Source of the DNA: Planctomycetota bacterium
GTDB taxonomy: Bacteria > Planctomycetota > UBA8742 > UBA2392
Assembly: GCA_020845475.1 (NCBI GenBank)
Contig: JADLFN010000049.1
Span: 3,062-67,061 of the forward strand
Direction: 5' to 3'
DNA length: 64,000 nucleotides
Shown here in pieces: positions 61,531-64,000 of the stretch. Positions within the stretch are counted from its first letter, which is position 1. Each line of letters begins with the position of its first letter. The translations under genes were made by a program, and so were the position numbers. The notes under the pieces are model-generated. The model made no database searches. It saw only the letters and a program-made list of their open reading frames with translations, and had not been told where the DNA came from.

Positions 61531-62526
61531 TCATCCGCCGGCCGGAGGGTCTTCACGGGTGGAATTGGCCGGATCCGCAAGTGCTGAATTGGGCGAAAGC
61601 GCCGCGGCGGAATCGGCCGCGGGGCGCGCCTTGGCAACGCGCCGCCGACGCTTGGGTTTGCTCGCCCGGGCGGTGGCGCTTTCGAGCACGCGCAGATCAA
61701 TGGCGTCTTCACGGCCGCCCATGAGCTGCTGCAGCTTGCGCAGCGCCTCGTTCTCAATCTGGCGCACGCGTTCGCGCGTGAGGTTGATCTTCTCGCCGAT
61801 TTCGGAGAGCGTCATCGGCTTGCCTGTGCCGATGCCGTAACGCATGCGCAGGATTTCGCTCTCGCGCACATCCACGGCGTTCAGCAGGTGCACAAGCTTC
61901 TGCAGTTCGGCGTGAAGCACCACTTCGTCGCCGGGATCGCTGGCGCGCTCATCGGCGATGATGTCGTTGAAGCTGTTGTCGCCATCGGGCGTGGAAAGCT
62001 CCGTGGGTTGATTGCCCGCGTTCATCGCGCGGCGAATCATCTCGACCTGCTCGCGGTTGAAACCCAGCTCGGCGGCGATCAGGGCCACGTCCGGAGGTTG
62101 TTCGCCTTTGCGCGTGATTTCGGCGAGCTTTTGTTTCACGCGCGAGATCCATTCCACCATGTAACTGGGCACGCGCACCGTTTGTGCGCTATTGAGCAGC
62201 GCGCGGCGCATGGACTGCTTGATCCAGTGCACCGCGTAAGTCGAGAACTTGTTCTCGCGCCCGGGGTCAAACTTCTCGACGGCGCGCATCAGCCCGATGT
62301 TGCCCTCGGCTATCAGGTCCATGAACGAGAGCCCGCGGTGCAGGAACTTCTTGGCCTCGGAGATGACCAGCCGCAGATTGGCGCGGATCATCTGGTCGCG
62401 CGCGGCTGCGTCGTTTTCGCGCACCCGGCGCGCCAGCGTGCGCTCCTCCTCCAGCGTGAGCAGGGGCGTCTCGCGGATGTCCTTCAGGTACATGTCGAAG
62501 TTGCCGTCGTCGATACGGGTGCGCAT
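61531..62526 (-). CDS. RNA polymerase sigma factor, sigma-70 family (RpoD/SigA-like, short form) with basic C-terminal tail
   Basis: [20 protein letters not shown]; [11 protein letters not shown]...[19 protein letters not shown]...[13 protein letters not shown]; region 4 [27 protein letters not shown]; tail [13 protein letters not shown]. Confidence 0.85.
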   Translation of the reverse strand: MRTRIDDGNFDMYLKDIRETPLLTLEEERTLARRVRENDAAARDQMIRANLRLVISEAKKFLHRGLSFMDLIAEGNIGLMRAVEKFDPGRENKFSTYAVHWIKQSMRRALLNSAQTVRVPSYMVEWISRVKQKLAEITRKGEQPPDVALIAAELGFNREQVEMIRRAMNAGNQPTELSTPDGDNSFNDIIADERASDPGDEVVLHAELQKLVHLLNAVDVRESEILRMRYGIGTGKPMTLSEIGEKINLTRERVRQIENEALRKLQQLMGGREDAIDLRVLESATARASKPKRRRRVAKARPAADSAAALSPNSALADPANSTREDPPAGG

Positions 62527-62638
62527 GTCGCCTGATTAAACCCGCTTGCGGGTGCGGTTACAAGCTCTACAGGCCAACGATTCGCGGGGCGCACTCCACT
62601 CGCACCCCCGTTTCTGCCGATAAGCAGGCGGAGGCCTC

Positions 62639-63805
62639 ATGCGCCTGCGGGCGAGAATTGTCGAGCGAGCTTCACTGCTTCGCGCCCTGCCCTGGGGCGT
62701 GGTGGTGCCGGCGTTGCTGCTTGCAATGCTCGGCGTTGCGTTCATTTACTCCGCGTCCACTGATTTTGCGCTTGCTGAAAGCAGCATGGCCGTTTCCGCA
62801 GCCTATCACGTCAAGCAGGCGGGGTATCTCGTTGCCGGCGTGGCGCTGATGCTGGCCCTTACGCTTTGCCCCCAGCGCTGGATTGCCAACGGCTGGCCGC
62901 TCTGGCTCGGGCTTGGCCTGTGCATGCTCGTGGCGGTGCTCGTGTTCGGCAAGACCATCAATGGCGCGCGCAGTTGGATCATGCTTGGCCCATTTGCGCT
63001 GCAGCCCAGCGAGTTCTGCAAGCCGCTGATCTGCGTCGCAATCGCGGGCTACTTTCGCTTTCACCGCCACATCGACAGCGCCGCCGCCTTTGCCGCGTGC
63101 ATTGCATTGAGCCTGGTTTACTTCGTGCCGATCATGCTTCAGCCGGATTTTGGGACTTCCATGGTTTTCATTCCCATGATCGGCGCCATGTTCTGGGTCG
63201 CGGGCGGACATCGCGGCTACATGGTTTCCCTCGCCGGCATCGGCGCGGCTGCGCTGCCTTCCGCCTACCTGCTGGGAGTGTTGAAGCCGCACCAGGTCAA
63301 GCGCATTGACGTTTACCTCGGGAGTCTCTCGGGGCAGGTGGTGGATCGCACCGGCGACGGCTACCAGATTCTGCAATCGCTGACGGCTATCGGAAGCGGC
63401 GGGTTCTCGGGCAAGGGCTTTGGCGAAGGCACGCAAAGCCAGCTCGCGTTTTTGCCGGAGCGCCACACGGACTTCATCTTTGCGGTGTATGCGGAAGAGA
63501 CGGGCCTGGTGGGTGTGGCGCTGTTCCTGCTGGTTTACTTCGTGATGCTTGAGCGCATGATTGCCATTGCCCGCAACACGCGCGAGCCCTTCGGGCGCCT
63601 GCTGGTCGTGGGCGTGACAACGATGTTCTTCAGCCAGCTCTTCATTAACGTGGGCGCGGCTTGCGGCGTCATTCCACTGACAGGGCTGACGCTGCCGTTC
63701 ATGAGCTACGGCGGATCAAGCCTGCTGGCCAGCTTCATGTCGCTTGGGCTGGTGGCGAACATCGCGGTACAGCCGCAGCGAGTGATGGGGTCTGAGACTT
63801 TTTAG
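62639..63805 (+). CDS. rodA: SEDS-family peptidoglycan polymerase RodA
   Basis: GGAGG upstream. ...LLAMLGVAFIYSAS..., LQPSEFCKP, TDFIFAVYAEETGLVG, LPFMSYGGSSLL. Second SEDS gene in the window, and not in the dcw block. Confidence 0.75.
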   Translation: MRLRARIVERASLLRALPWGVVVPALLLAMLGVAFIYSASTDFALAESSMAVSAAYHVKQAGYLVAGVALMLALTLCPQRWIANGWPLWLGLGLCMLVAVLVFGKTINGARSWIMLGPFALQPSEFCKPLICVAIAGYFRFHRHIDSAAAFAACIALSLVYFVPIMLQPDFGTSMVFIPMIGAMFWVAGGHRGYMVSLAGIGAAALPSAYLLGVLKPHQVKRIDVYLGSLSGQVVDRTGDGYQILQSLTAIGSGGFSGKGFGEGTQSQLAFLPERHTDFIFAVYAEETGLVGVALFLLVYFVMLERMIAIARNTREPFGRLLVVGVTTMFFSQLFINVGAACGVIPLTGLTLPFMSYGGSSLLASFMSLGLVANIAVQPQRVMGSETF

Positions 63806-63827
63806 CGGCGGGCGCAGGCAAATGAAC

Positions 63828-63853
63828 AACGCGCGGCATGATAGCCGCGCGTT
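63828..63853. terminator. Bidirectional terminator-like hairpin between convergent genes
   Basis: Stem aacgcgcggc, loop atgata, stem gccgcgcgtt, followed by GCGTTTTGTT on the plus strand. Confidence 0.6.
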
Positions 63854-63871
63854 GCGTTTTGTTCGAAGCGT

Positions 63872-64000
63872 TTAGAAGAAGTAGGTCGCGCCGAAAACCA
63901 CGGTCATGGTGAAGGGGTTGTCGTCGTGGGCGCTGAACAGCGGCGCGCCGTTGTAGTCGGCGAGGAACAGCTTCATCGACATCGGTACGCTCATGATAAG
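63872..64000 (-). CDS. Outer-membrane beta-barrel protein, C-terminal fragment (N-terminus beyond right edge)
   Basis: Own translation of the minus strand: ...LFLADYNGAPLFSAHDDNPFTMTVVFGATYFF-stop. The alternating pattern and terminal aromatic Phe are typical of an OMP C-terminal strand. Confidence 0.45.
   Translation of the reverse strand, partial: LIMSVPMSMKLFLADYNGAPLFSAHDDNPFTMTVVFGATYFF

Noticed and set aside
58725-61724. Plus-strand ORFs (58725..59858, 59869..61227, 60732..61724) opposite the coiled-coil gene
   Set aside because: Coiled-coil genes rich in GAG/CGC/GCC codons give long stop-free antisense frames. The products are Ser/Arg/Ala low-complexity sequences.
61515-61757. N-terminal extension of the coiled-coil ORF overlapping the sigma gene
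   Set aside because: Pro/Arg-rich and out of frame with the sigma C-terminus. The Met at 61514, right after the sigma stop, is a far better start.

Overview
GC-rich bacterial chromosomal window, densely coding, with no rRNA, tRNA, CRISPR, transposase or integrase recognisable by eye. Recognisable content: a moaD/DinB-like pair, two large radical SAM genes (a TIGR03960-like gene and ygiQ), a truncated dcw block on the minus strand (ftsW-murG-murC-murB-[small ORF]-[PilZ]-ddl-ftsQ) with no ftsA/ftsZ after ftsQ, ffh, rpsP, an orphan sucD, a quinol-type nitric oxide reductase flanked by two serine-hydrolase paralogs, a ParE-type toxin/antitoxin pair, rimK, an OsmC/PhnD-like/MetE-like/acyl-CoA dehydrogenase operon, a class III cyclase-STAND-TPR protein, a sigma-70 factor co-oriented with a giant coiled-coil protein, and rodA. 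Several hints suggest a PVC/Planctomycetota-like organism but cannot be verified here: the small basic protein family, an orphan pseudopilin, a lamin-tail-domain lipoprotein, a BatA-like VWA giant, and AQE/AQD signal-peptide ends. The standout is 46.1-57.8 kb. It holds five tandem, divergent, signal-peptide-bearing paralogs built only from secretin N-terminal-type modules (N0-like plus ring-building Secretin_N-like), with no secretin pore domain, and all ending in a shared hydrophobic-Lys C-terminus. They are followed by two paralogous exported HEAT/TPR-like proteins, a 982-aa BatA-like double-VWA membrane protein and a lipoprotein, with no MoxR/DUF58 or T2SS ATPase/platform genes in the window. 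A second unexplained signal is a dispersed family of heptamer-periodic (7-nt unit) inverted-repeat elements at seven or more loci, two of them in-frame inside the ygiQ ORF. There is also a GGGGCGACA...TGTCGCCCC palindrome found twice right after stop codons. Most long ORFs antisense to recognisable genes are high-GC artefacts.
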